A DNA stretch of 19,462 bases from Candidatus Poribacteria bacterium (GTDB lineage: Bacteria > Poribacteria > WGA-4E > UBA9662): NCBI GenBank assembly GCA_036339735.1, contig JAYZAL010000082.1:1-19462 (forward strand), read 5' to 3'. Under the pieces are notes generated by a model. That model worked only from the letters and a program-made list of their open reading frames with translations. It did not search any database and was not told where the DNA came from. Positions 8,079 through 16,599 of the stretch are shown here, in pieces (positions within the stretch are counted from its first letter, which is position 1; each line of letters starts with the position of its first letter). The position numbers and the translations under genes were made by a program.

Positions 8079-9449
8079 ATGAATATTATTTATATCCATT
8101 CTCACGATACAGGACGATATGTTCAACCGTATGGACACTCTATCCCAACACCAAACATCCAGAAACTAGCAGAGGAAGGGGTCCTTTTTCGGCAAGCTTT
8201 TTGTGCTAACCCCACTTGTTCACCCAGCCGGGCCTGCTTATTGTCTGGTCAGTGGGCTCATACGGCTGGTATGGGTGGTCTTGTCAATCGCGGTTGGAGT
8301 TTGCCAACTCCCAAAAATTTAATTATGCATACTTTAGCTGAAGCAGGTTATGAAACCGTTTTAGCTGGTTTTCAACATGTGGTAAAAGATGTCAACGAGG
8401 CAGGTTATAGTCGAAATTTAGCCAAGGAGACCACATTTTCAGGTGAAACTGAAGAACGAGCTGCAACCTTCATAGCTGAAGCCTCCAAAAGTGATAATCA
8501 GCCCTTTTTTCTTGATGTTGGATTTTTTGAAACTCACCGCGCTCGTTCAGTAAAGCCAGGTGGTTTTGCACCTCAACCTAATGGCGAGGCAAAAACTGAT
8601 CCTCGTTATGTTAAGCCTCCAGCACCATTTCCTGACACACCTGAAACACGTCAGGACATGGCTGATTATATTGACGCAGCTCGAACATTAGACCAGAAAA
8701 TGGGTGTTGTATTTTCAGCTCTGGAAGAAAATAAGTTAGCTGATAAAACACTAGTTATTTGCACTACTGACCATGGCCTAGCATTTCCTGAAATGAAATC
8801 TCGTTTAACTGATCACGGAATCGGTATCATGCTTATCATGAGAGGGCCAGCTGATTTTAGTGGAGGTCTAGTAATAGACGAATTGGTTAGTCAGATTGAT
8901 CTATTCCCTACCATTTGTGATATTCTTAATATTGATCATCCCAAATGGTTACAAGGGCATTCAATTGTACCTCTGTTACAAGGTACAACCGATAAGATTA
9001 GGTCCGAGATTTTTGCTGAGGTTAACTACCATTGCTGCTATGAACCACAAAGAGCAATAAGAACAAAACGCTGGAAATATATTCGACGATACGATCAAGC
9101 ACCGAATTGGGCAATGCCTAATTGCGACGATAGTATTAGCAAAACTTTTTTCTTAGATCACGGCTGGCAAGAACATCGGCCAGAACCTGAACGACTGTAT
9201 GACCTCGTTTTTGACCCTTTTGAGCGGCATAATCTAATCTCCAGTGGGCAAGCAGATGAACAGGTATTGCAATCAATGCGGCAGCGGTTGGAAGACTGGC
9301 GTATTGAAACTAAGGATCCAACTCTAGAACATCCAATAGTGCCGTTTCCAGAAACGGCTGTGTTGAATAAGTACGATGCTGTTTCGCCGAACGATGAAGA
9401 ATACCCGGCGAGTCAATTCCTACAAGAAATGACTGATCGCGCCACCTAG
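8079..9449 (+). CDS. Formylglycine-dependent (Cys-type) sulfatase, N-sulfoglucosamine sulfohydrolase-like
   Basis: 456 aa. NIIYIHSHD, TPNI..LA.EG..F, CSPSRACLLSG (CxPxR), TTDHG, VSQIDLFPT and LYDL..DP.E..NL. No signal peptide. Confidence 0.93.
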   Translation: MNIIYIHSHDTGRYVQPYGHSIPTPNIQKLAEEGVLFRQAFCANPTCSPSRACLLSGQWAHTAGMGGLVNRGWSLPTPKNLIMHTLAEAGYETVLAGFQHVVKDVNEAGYSRNLAKETTFSGETEERAATFIAEASKSDNQPFFLDVGFFETHRARSVKPGGFAPQPNGEAKTDPRYVKPPAPFPDTPETRQDMADYIDAARTLDQKMGVVFSALEENKLADKTLVICTTDHGLAFPEMKSRLTDHGIGIMLIMRGPADFSGGLVIDELVSQIDLFPTICDILNIDHPKWLQGHSIVPLLQGTTDKIRSEIFAEVNYHCCYEPQRAIRTKRWKYIRRYDQAPNWAMPNCDDSISKTFFLDHGWQEHRPEPERLYDLVFDPFERHNLISSGQADEQVLQSMRQRLEDWRIETKDPTLEHPIVPFPETAVLNKYDAVSPNDEEYPASQFLQEMTDRAT

Positions 9450-9459
9450 GTACTTTTCA

Positions 9460-10890
9460 ATGTCTATCAAACAACCTAATATTGTTCTGATTATGACCGA
9501 TCAGCAGAGGTTTGATAGTATCTCTGCGCTTGGTTTCCCTTATGCAGATACACCAAATCTGGATCGATTAGTTCATGAAGGTGTAAATTTATCACAGTGT
9601 TATATTACGGCCCCCTCTTGTGCTCCGGCACGTGCCAGTTTGTTCACGGGCTACTATCCTCACACAACTGGTATTCTCAAAAACGCAGATAGGTGGACAC
9701 GCTCTTGGGTAGAACGATTGAGTAATGTTGGTTATCATTGTGTCAATATAGGAAAAATGCACACTTTTCCTTTTGAAACACCATTAGGTTTTGATGAGCG
9801 TTACGTGGTAGAAAATAAGGACCGGTACCTGGAAGGCCGCTACTATTTTGATGAGTGGGATAAGGCTTTACAAGCCAGAGGTCTAATTAAACAACAACGT
9901 GAACTATATCGCCAACGGTCCGACTACCATGAGCGGTTGGGTGCTTTTGAATGGGAATTGCCGGAGGATATGCATCCAGATGTGTTTGTTGGAAATTTAG
10001 CACAATGGTGGATTAATAACTACCCAGTTACACAACCATTGTTCTTACAGATAGGTTTTCCTGGTCCACACCCACCATATGATCCGACTTGGGAATATGC
10101 CCAACCGTATATGGAACGAGAATTACCGTTGCCAGTTGTGACAGAGATGGAATTGGCTAATCAACCCGCCCCGTTTTTGGAGATGCGTCAGCACAACTGT
10201 GAAGTAGACCATGACTCTGTCGTTCATCAGCTTAATCCCACGACTGAACAGTTACACCGACAACGAGCTTACTATTTGGCCAACGTTACAATGATCGATC
10301 ACCAAATCGGTAAAATCCTGCAAACTTTAGAACACCAAGGATATCTGGATAATTCGGTTGTCATCTTTACTTCTGATCACGGGGACTGTTTAGGTGATCA
10401 CGGACACAGCCAGAAATGGACCATGTACGATATCATCACTCGAGTGCCAACAATTGTATGGTCTCCAAGTCGTTTTGAGGGTGGTCAAACAATTGATGGA
10501 CTTTGTCAACAAATGGATCTGGGTCCTGCTATTCTCGAATTAGCCGGTGCTGACGTACCTACAACTATTGAAGCTAAGTCAATTTTACCAGCCTTAGCAG
10601 GTCAGAAATGGACGGCTAGAGAGTACGTTTTTGCCGAACATGGGAAAGATGGTATTTTACAAGGCACTGAGTTTATGTCGATGGTCAGAAGTCAAGACTG
10701 GAAACTCGTTCATTTTCTTGACCAACCTGATGGACAATTGTTTGACCTAAAAGCGGACCCAGCTGAAATCAACAATCTGTGGTCTCACAGTCAGTTCAGT
10801 TACAAAAGGCAAGAGTTATTAAATGTATTAAGAGAATGGCGAATTCGAAGTCAATATGAGACATCTGGTTGGGCCGCTGAATGGAGATAG
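9460..10890 (+). CDS. Formylglycine-dependent (Cys-type) sulfatase, choline-sulfatase/arylsulfatase-like
   Basis: 476 aa. PNIVLIMTDQQR, CAPARASLFTG (CxPxR), GKMH, PHPPY, FTSDHG and LFDL..DP.E..NL. Confidence 0.93.
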   Translation: MSIKQPNIVLIMTDQQRFDSISALGFPYADTPNLDRLVHEGVNLSQCYITAPSCAPARASLFTGYYPHTTGILKNADRWTRSWVERLSNVGYHCVNIGKMHTFPFETPLGFDERYVVENKDRYLEGRYYFDEWDKALQARGLIKQQRELYRQRSDYHERLGAFEWELPEDMHPDVFVGNLAQWWINNYPVTQPLFLQIGFPGPHPPYDPTWEYAQPYMERELPLPVVTEMELANQPAPFLEMRQHNCEVDHDSVVHQLNPTTEQLHRQRAYYLANVTMIDHQIGKILQTLEHQGYLDNSVVIFTSDHGDCLGDHGHSQKWTMYDIITRVPTIVWSPSRFEGGQTIDGLCQQMDLGPAILELAGADVPTTIEAKSILPALAGQKWTAREYVFAEHGKDGILQGTEFMSMVRSQDWKLVHFLDQPDGQLFDLKADPAEINNLWSHSQFSYKRQELLNVLREWRIRSQYETSGWAAEWR

Positions 10891-10932
10891 TCAGGTCTCC
10901 GGCAATAAAATAATAAAATAATAGGATTATTT

Positions 10933-12066
10933 ATGAGTCTACGAAATGATATTGATCCAGGTGGATTATTGGAATACTCGGTTGTTTTTAGCGATCGTTC
11001 TCTGAATCACATGTCCCAATTATTTCAGCAGGTTATGCTTGATATCTCTTCAATGCTAAAAAAAACCTACAATGCAGAGGCCGTATCGGTTATTCCTGGT
11101 GGAGGTACTTTCAGTATGGAGTCAGTAGCTCGACAATTTGCCAAGGATAACAAATGTCTGGTTATTCGAAATGGCTGGTTCAGTTACCGATGGAGCCAAA
11201 TTCTGGAAATGGGGGAAATTACCTCTAAAGTCTCAGTTTTGAAAGCTAAGCCAATTGAACAAGCAAATCAGCCATCTTTTGCTCCACCACCTATCGAATC
11301 AGTAGTCGAAGCCATTAGAACTGAAAAACCAAGGGTGGTTTTCGCTCCACATGTTGAAACGTCAGCTGGAATGATTTTGCCTGATGACTACATTAGAGCT
11401 GTGGGACTAGCGACTCATTCAGTCGGTGGTTTATTTGTTCTGGATTGTATTGCGTCGGGAACGATTTGGGTAGACATGGTCGATTGTGAAGTAGATGTCC
11501 TTATCAGTGCACCACAAAAAGGCTGGAGCAGTTCGCCTTGCGCAGGCTTAGTTATGCTTAACCAAAAAGCATTGGATCATCTAGAAACAACTACTAGTAA
11601 TAGTTTTGCTTGTGACCTAAAAAAGTGGTTACAAATCATGCAGGCGTACGAAAATGGTGGACATGCCTACCACGCAACCATGCCGACTGATGCATTGACA
11701 ACTTTTCGAAACACTATGAAAGAAACCGAAAATTATGGCTTAGACAAGATTAAAGAGCAACAGCAGCTATTGGGAGACAAGGTTCGCACTGTACTAACTG
11801 AAAAAGGCTTTAAGAGTGTAGCAGCTGAAGGATTCCAAGCACCTGGTGTAGTCGTCAGCTATACTGATAATGCGGATATCCAAAACGGCAAAAAGTTTGC
11901 AGAAGTTGGATTACAGATTGCGGCAGGTGTACCACTCCAGTGTGGTGAACCTAAAAATTTTCAAACTTTTCGTCTTGGTTTATTTGGCCTAGACAAGCTA
12001 CACCACGTGGATCGAACTGTCAATAATTTGAAGCAAGCAATAAGTCGAATTGCCGCGTCAAGTTGA
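10933..12066 (+). CDS. Class V PLP-dependent aminotransferase (alanine-glyoxylate/serine-pyruvate type)
   Basis: 377 aa. PGGGTFSME, PHVETSAG, LDCIASG, PLP lysine in ISAPQKGWS, and FRLGLFG. AGGA Shine-Dalgarno upstream. Confidence 0.9.
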   Translation: MSLRNDIDPGGLLEYSVVFSDRSLNHMSQLFQQVMLDISSMLKKTYNAEAVSVIPGGGTFSMESVARQFAKDNKCLVIRNGWFSYRWSQILEMGEITSKVSVLKAKPIEQANQPSFAPPPIESVVEAIRTEKPRVVFAPHVETSAGMILPDDYIRAVGLATHSVGGLFVLDCIASGTIWVDMVDCEVDVLISAPQKGWSSSPCAGLVMLNQKALDHLETTTSNSFACDLKKWLQIMQAYENGGHAYHATMPTDALTTFRNTMKETENYGLDKIKEQQQLLGDKVRTVLTEKGFKSVAAEGFQAPGVVVSYTDNADIQNGKKFAEVGLQIAAGVPLQCGEPKNFQTFRLGLFGLDKLHHVDRTVNNLKQAISRIAASS

Positions 12067-12074
12067 ATCTATAA

Positions 12075-13262
12075 TCAATTGAGCAGAACCAAATTATCTC
12101 GATGTATTACTTCATCATAGTAAAAATTACCGATGGTTTCTTGTAATTGGCAGGTTTGTTTCCCTTTGATTTGCTCTACTTCAGATGTGTTGTAATTAAC
12201 TAAGCCTCGAGCAAATTCCCGTTTTTTTTGATCTTTGCAAGATACTGTATCACCGAACTTAAAGTTCCCGTCAGTTTTTTGGATTCCGGAGGGCAACAGG
12301 CTTTTCCCACCCATTAGTAAGGCATTCTTCGCTCCGTCATCGACAAATAGTATCCCCCTAGCGGGGCGTGAGTAGGCGATCCATCGTTGACGGGCAGACA
12401 TTGGTTTGGTTCTTTCTGCTGGCAAAAATAGAGTGCCAATAGATGCTCCTGCTAACAGATTGCTAACGATCATGGATTTTGATCCATCCGCAATCACCAT
12501 CATTTTACCAGAACCAGTGACGATTTCTGCAGCTCGAAGCTTGGTTCTCATTCCTCCTGTACCTTTATCTGTACCGGCTTCACCTGCAGCGGACCAAATA
12601 TCATCGGTTATTTGGTCAATGATGGAAATCAGTTGAGCCGACGGATGTTTGCGTGGATCCTGAGTGTAAAATCCGGCTTGGTCGGATAATACTACTAGCA
12701 GATCAGCTTCTACTAAATTAGTAACATAGGCAGAGATCGTGTCATTGTCGCCAACTTTGATTTCATCCACAGCCACAGTATCATTTTCATTTATGACTGG
12801 AATGACACCGAAGCGGAGTAGAGTACGGATTGTATCGCTGATATGAGTATAGCGTTGGCGGTGGTCAAAGTCATCTTGAGTCACTAAAATCATACCAACT
12901 AAATGACCGAACTGCTCGAATAACTGCTTATAAGCATTCATTAGATGAATCTGACCAACCGCAGCGGCAGCTTGGAGTTCTGGAATGATAGGGCCAAGGC
13001 CAGACGGATTGAACTTCGGTCCATCTACATGCTGAAAAAGTTCGGTCAGTTGCCCACGCCCGGCAGCGATCGCCCCAGAGGTAACCAAAATCACCTCGAT
13101 TCCTTTCTGTTTCAGTTGGGATAAATCTTCGACCAAACGGCTCACTTTAGTCAGAGATAGATTGACCCCTTCGGTTAAGGTCGAGCTACCGACCTTAACA
13201 ACTATTCGCTGAACCGATGAAAGCAGGGCCGGGCGGTTAATTTTCTTTAGACTATTTTCCAT
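12075..13262 (-). CDS. proB: Glutamate 5-kinase with C-terminal PUA domain
   Basis: RIVVKVGSSTL, VTSGAIAAG, QAAAAVGQ, PVINENDTV, GDNDT, GTGGMRTKL, and PUA motifs KSLLPSG, ARGLVNY, VIHRDNLV. The likely start is the ATG at 13262 (11-nt overlap with obgE) rather than 13337; the exact start is uncertain. Confidence 0.96.
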   Translation of the reverse strand: MENSLKKINRPALLSSVQRIVVKVGSSTLTEGVNLSLTKVSRLVEDLSQLKQKGIEVILVTSGAIAAGRGQLTELFQHVDGPKFNPSGLGPIIPELQAAAAVGQIHLMNAYKQLFEQFGHLVGMILVTQDDFDHRQRYTHISDTIRTLLRFGVIPVINENDTVAVDEIKVGDNDTISAYVTNLVEADLLVVLSDQAGFYTQDPRKHPSAQLISIIDQITDDIWSAAGEAGTDKGTGGMRTKLRAAEIVTGSGKMMVIADGSKSMIVSNLLAGASIGTLFLPAERTKPMSARQRWIAYSRPARGILFVDDGAKNALLMGGKSLLPSGIQKTDGNFKFGDTVSCKDQKKREFARGLVNYNTSEVEQIKGKQTCQLQETIGNFYYDEVIHRDNLVLLN

Positions 13263-14559
13263 CGGCTGTAAATTGGAACTCAAATCCGTGGATGTGGACA
13301 TCATCCCCTTGCTTGATTCCGGCTTTCTGCAAAGCATTGATCACACCCATTCCTTTTAACTTTCGGTGGAGCAAGACTAATGCTTGTGGGTTGTCCATAT
13401 CAGTCATTAAGACTGCTCTTTTGGGCTGAGGTCCCACTACCCAATAACAGCTTTCCTTTTGGCTAATTTTGAATTTTTTCTTAGTCCGCGGCAAGTCCAT
13501 TAAAACAGGTGGAGAATCAGCTTTTTGTTGCCTAATTTTTTCATTGATTCGTTGTAAGAGCTGATAGGTAAAACGAACAAGCGACTGAACTCCATCTCCA
13601 GTTACCGCCGAAATAGGAAAGGCTCGCCGTTTTTCTTTCCTCAGGTAGTCTTCGATTTGAGTCAAGTTACTGCCTGCAGATTGTAAATCAACTTTGTTTA
13701 GAGCTATAACTTGTGGAATTCTTCCCAATCGTGGGTTGTATAATTCCAGCTCTTGATTTATTTTTTCAAAATCTTCAATTGGGTCTCTACCATCAACCGA
13801 AGCCACGTCAATAACATGAATCAGCATTTTTGTGCGCTCGACATGACGGAGAAAGTCATGCCCGAGGCCAACGCCAGTATGAGCACCTTCTATGAGACCT
13901 GGGATATCTGCTAAAACGAAATTCTGTTCGGTGGCAACTCGAACTACACCTAGGTTAGGTGATAGGGTCGTAAAGGGATAATTGGCAATTTTTGGCTTGG
14001 CTGCAGATGTGCGAGCTAGAAGAGTAGATTTGCCAGCGTTAGGGTATCCTACTAAACCAACGTCAGCAATGAGCTTGACTTCCAAGTCAACTATTACTTC
14101 TTCACCCGGTTCTCCTTTTTCAGCCACACGTGGTGTTTGGAATGTGCTACTTCTAAAATGCGGGTTACCTCGACCACCAATCCCACCATGTGCAATTATT
14201 ACCCGTTGGTTAGGAGATTTCAAATCGAGTACTTGCTCCGCTTTTTCTAAATCTTCAGCTTCTACCCAGCGAACAATCGTGCCGACGGGTACTTTTATAA
14301 TCCGATCATTTGCATCTTTACCGTTCCTCAATTTCCCCATACCATGTTGACCATTATCAGCTCGCTGATGTTGCCGATACTTGAGATCAATTAGAGTAGT
14401 CATACCTTCTATTGATTCAAGAATAACATCGCCTCCCTTACCGCCATCACCGCCATTAGGTCCACCACGTGGTACAAACTTTTCGCGACGAAACGCAATA
14501 CAACCATTACCACCATTGCCGCCTTTGGCTTGTATTTGTGCAGTATCAACATTCAGCAT
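13252..14559 (-). CDS. obgE: GTPase ObgE/CgtA with C-terminal DUF1967-like domain
   Basis: Gly-rich Obg fold (GGNGGNGC..FRREKFVPRGGPNGGDGG), G1 GYPNAGKS, G2 YPFTT, G3 DIPG and G4 NKVD. C-terminal LQKAGIKQGDDVHI..FEF. Confidence 0.98.
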   Translation of the reverse strand: MLNVDTAQIQAKGGNGGNGCIAFRREKFVPRGGPNGGDGGKGGDVILESIEGMTTLIDLKYRQHQRADNGQHGMGKLRNGKDANDRIIKVPVGTIVRWVEAEDLEKAEQVLDLKSPNQRVIIAHGGIGGRGNPHFRSSTFQTPRVAEKGEPGEEVIVDLEVKLIADVGLVGYPNAGKSTLLARTSAAKPKIANYPFTTLSPNLGVVRVATEQNFVLADIPGLIEGAHTGVGLGHDFLRHVERTKMLIHVIDVASVDGRDPIEDFEKINQELELYNPRLGRIPQVIALNKVDLQSAGSNLTQIEDYLRKEKRRAFPISAVTGDGVQSLVRFTYQLLQRINEKIRQQKADSPPVLMDLPRTKKKFKISQKESCYWVVGPQPKRAVLMTDMDNPQALVLLHRKLKGMGVINALQKAGIKQGDDVHIHGFEFQFTADGK

Positions 14560-14574
14560 TGGAGTTTCCCCCTA

Positions 14575-14605
14575 AAACACGAAAAGCCTCGTCGTAACGA
14601 GGCTT
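14575..14605 (-). terminator. Intrinsic terminator (probably leaky) between rpmA and obgE
   Basis: Minus strand AAGCCTCGT-TACG-ACGAGGCTT (9-bp stem, 14605-14584), followed by the interrupted U-tract TTCGTGTTTT. Confidence 0.8.
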
Positions 14606-14634
14606 CAAATTCAGGATCTTATTTTTTTTAAACT

Positions 14635-14901
14635 CTAGAAATCGGGTCGGTCACCGTAAACGCTAACCTTTCGACGATATTTGTCTTTCCGTTCAAACCA
14701 TACATAACCGTCGATTTTAGAAAACAAAGTGTGGTCATTTCCCAAACCAACATTACTACCAGGATGAATTTTAGTACCACGCTGACGCACCAAAATATTA
14801 CCCGCTTTAACATAGTTACCAGAAAAGCGCTTGACGCCAAGACGTTTACTATTACTATCTCTTCCGTTTTGTGTGCTTCCGCCACCTTTCTTATGAGCCA
14901 T
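14635..14901 (-). CDS. rpmA: 50S ribosomal protein L27
   Basis: [24 protein letters not shown]...[29 protein letters not shown] Shine-Dalgarno upstream. Confidence 0.99.
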   Translation of the reverse strand: MAHKKGGGSTQNGRDSNSKRLGVKRFSGNYVKAGNILVRQRGTKIHPGSNVGLGNDHTLFSKIDGYVWFERKDKYRRKVSVYGDRPDF

Positions 14902-14936
14902 TATCTGTCTCCTATTCTTCCACTAAAAATGGTTGT

Positions 14937-15251
14937 TCAAACGTTAATTTCTGTAATCTTCAGACGGGTATACTTCTGTCGGTGTCCTTGTTTCCGGCGA
15001 TATCCCTTCCGCCTTTTGGACTTGTAGACGATCACCTTTTGGCCCTTGACTTGATCGATCACTTCACCTACGACGGAAGCTCCATCGACATAGGGCGCCC
15101 CAACCTGAGTGGCTCCGCCATTGTCCCCGACCAGCAAAATATCAGTAAAATCGACGGCCGTACCCGAGGCTGATTCTAGCTTTTCCACATCAATAACCGA
15201 ACCAACCTCAACCCGATGCTGCTTGCCACCGGAGGCAAATACTGCGTACAT
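14937..15251 (-). CDS. rplU: 50S ribosomal protein L21
   Basis: MYAVFASGGKQHRV...KRRKGYRRKQGHRQKYTRLKI; canonical position upstream of rpmA. Confidence 0.99.
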   Translation of the reverse strand: MYAVFASGGKQHRVEVGSVIDVEKLESASGTAVDFTDILLVGDNGGATQVGAPYVDGASVVGEVIDQVKGQKVIVYKSKRRKGYRRKQGHRQKYTRLKITEINV

Positions 15252-15336
15252 GATCTCTCACTCTCTCTGTCTTATATTATACATGCATGGCCTAGTGGCC
15301 AATGAATCTTGCGAAAATCCGAAACGCAAAACCAAA

Positions 15337-15366
15337 ATTGTAGCTGATCGCCCCTTGTAATGTCAA
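15337..15366 (-). promoter_or_regulatory. Putative sigma70 promoter of rplU-rpmA-obgE-proB
   Basis: On the minus strand: TTGACA (15366-15361), 18-bp spacer, TACAAT (15342-15337), about 85 nt upstream of rplU. Confidence 0.7.
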
Positions 15367-15411
15367 TGAAAAATCGTTGCTGCCACGTGCGTTAAGGTGA
15401 GTTTATGAACT

Positions 15412-15440
15412 TTGACAGCCATGATTAGATATGATAGTCT
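15412..15440 (+). promoter_or_regulatory. Putative sigma70 promoter of the tandem Gfo/Idh/MocA genes
   Basis: TTGACA (15412-15417), 17-bp spacer, TAGTCT (15435-15440), with an extended -10 TG. Confidence 0.6.
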
Positions 15441-15505
15441 AAAAATATCAAATACACTATGCTTTTTTAATATCTAGTTATAAATGAGACCCTAAGGAGA
15501 TACAA

Positions 15506-16555
15506 ATGGCTGATAAGATCTATCGAGTTGGCATTATCGGATGTGGTGGTATGGGCCGATCACATACAAATGCTTGGAAAAACCATCCACGAACCGAGGT
15601 CGTAGCGGCCATGGATATTGACGAAGGTCGCGCTTCTGATTTTGCTGAGGCTAATGATATTTCAGCTCATTATACGGACTACGAACAGATGTTCGCCACC
15701 GAGGATTTGGATATTGTGTCAATTACTACTTGGCAAAGTATCCGATTGGAACCAACAATTGCAGCAGCTGAATCTGGTTTAGCAGGTATCATCACTGAAA
15801 AGCCAATTTCGGCATCAGTTGGTGAAGCTAATGATATGTTGGCAGCCTGCGACCAAAGTGGTACAAAACTTGTCGTTGGACATCAACGTCGGTTCAACCA
15901 ACAAAATTGCGAGGCTCGGCGATTAATCCAAGAAGGTGCTATAGGTCAACCACAAGCAATGCTCCGTCGAGACGGACTTGGCTTGCTTAATCGAGGGACA
16001 CATGAAGTCGACGAAATGCGCTTCATTTTGGGGGACCCAGAGCCTTTGTGGTTAATTGGTCAAGCTTCGCGTAAGACTGACAAATGGGAACGTCGTGTAA
16101 GATGTGAAGACCTTTGCTTTGGTGAAATATGCTTTGACGGTGGAATTCGGGGTATTTACGAAAGTGATCTTCCAGGTCCTGGACTTCGAGGCGATGCTGT
16201 CTATGGAGACGATGGGCAACTGAGAAGAGGGCCAGATGGAACAATTGAACTGCTCAATAGTCAGACTGCCGGTTGGCAAACTATTAAACCTCGACAAAGT
16301 GAGCCCAACCAATACGAAGAGATGATTCATTGGTTAGACGACGATATTGAACAACACCGAAATGCGGGCATTCACGGTAAAATTACTATCGAGATCCTGA
16401 TGGCAATTTATGAGTCAGTACGTATCAATGATGTGGTTGAGTTTCCATTAGAAACTAGGCCTAACCCACTGGACCTAATGGTAGAAGGTGGACTTATGCC
16501 GGTTTTTAAAGAGGGACGCTACGATATTCGTGCTCCATTTCCTGAAGAAAAATGA
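15506..16555 (+). CDS. Gfo/Idh/MocA family oxidoreductase
   Basis: 349 aa. VGIIGCGGMG, ITEKPIS, VGHQRRF and GTHEVD. AAGGAG Shine-Dalgarno upstream. Confidence 0.95.
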   Translation: MADKIYRVGIIGCGGMGRSHTNAWKNHPRTEVVAAMDIDEGRASDFAEANDISAHYTDYEQMFATEDLDIVSITTWQSIRLEPTIAAAESGLAGIITEKPISASVGEANDMLAACDQSGTKLVVGHQRRFNQQNCEARRLIQEGAIGQPQAMLRRDGLGLLNRGTHEVDEMRFILGDPEPLWLIGQASRKTDKWERRVRCEDLCFGEICFDGGIRGIYESDLPGPGLRGDAVYGDDGQLRRGPDGTIELLNSQTAGWQTIKPRQSEPNQYEEMIHWLDDDIEQHRNAGIHGKITIEILMAIYESVRINDVVEFPLETRPNPLDLMVEGGLMPVFKEGRYDIRAPFPEEK

Positions 16556-16599
16556 AAAATCTTTATTCTACTGGATAATACTAAACAAGGGAGTAACTC

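Noticed and set aside
8021-8209. 62-aa ORF with a repeated RY.EYYL sequence
   Set aside because: Out-of-frame reading of the 15-nt duplication and the sulfatase start; reported instead as the repeat/uORF.
14902-14936. Prp/YsxB protease gene or L27 N-terminal extension
   Set aside because: Only 35 nt separate rplU and rpmA, and L27 starts directly MAHKK, which is the ordinary non-Firmicutes arrangement.
12406-15360. Alternative-frame and antisense ORFs over proB, obgE, rpmA and rplU
   Set aside because: Shadows of conserved housekeeping genes.
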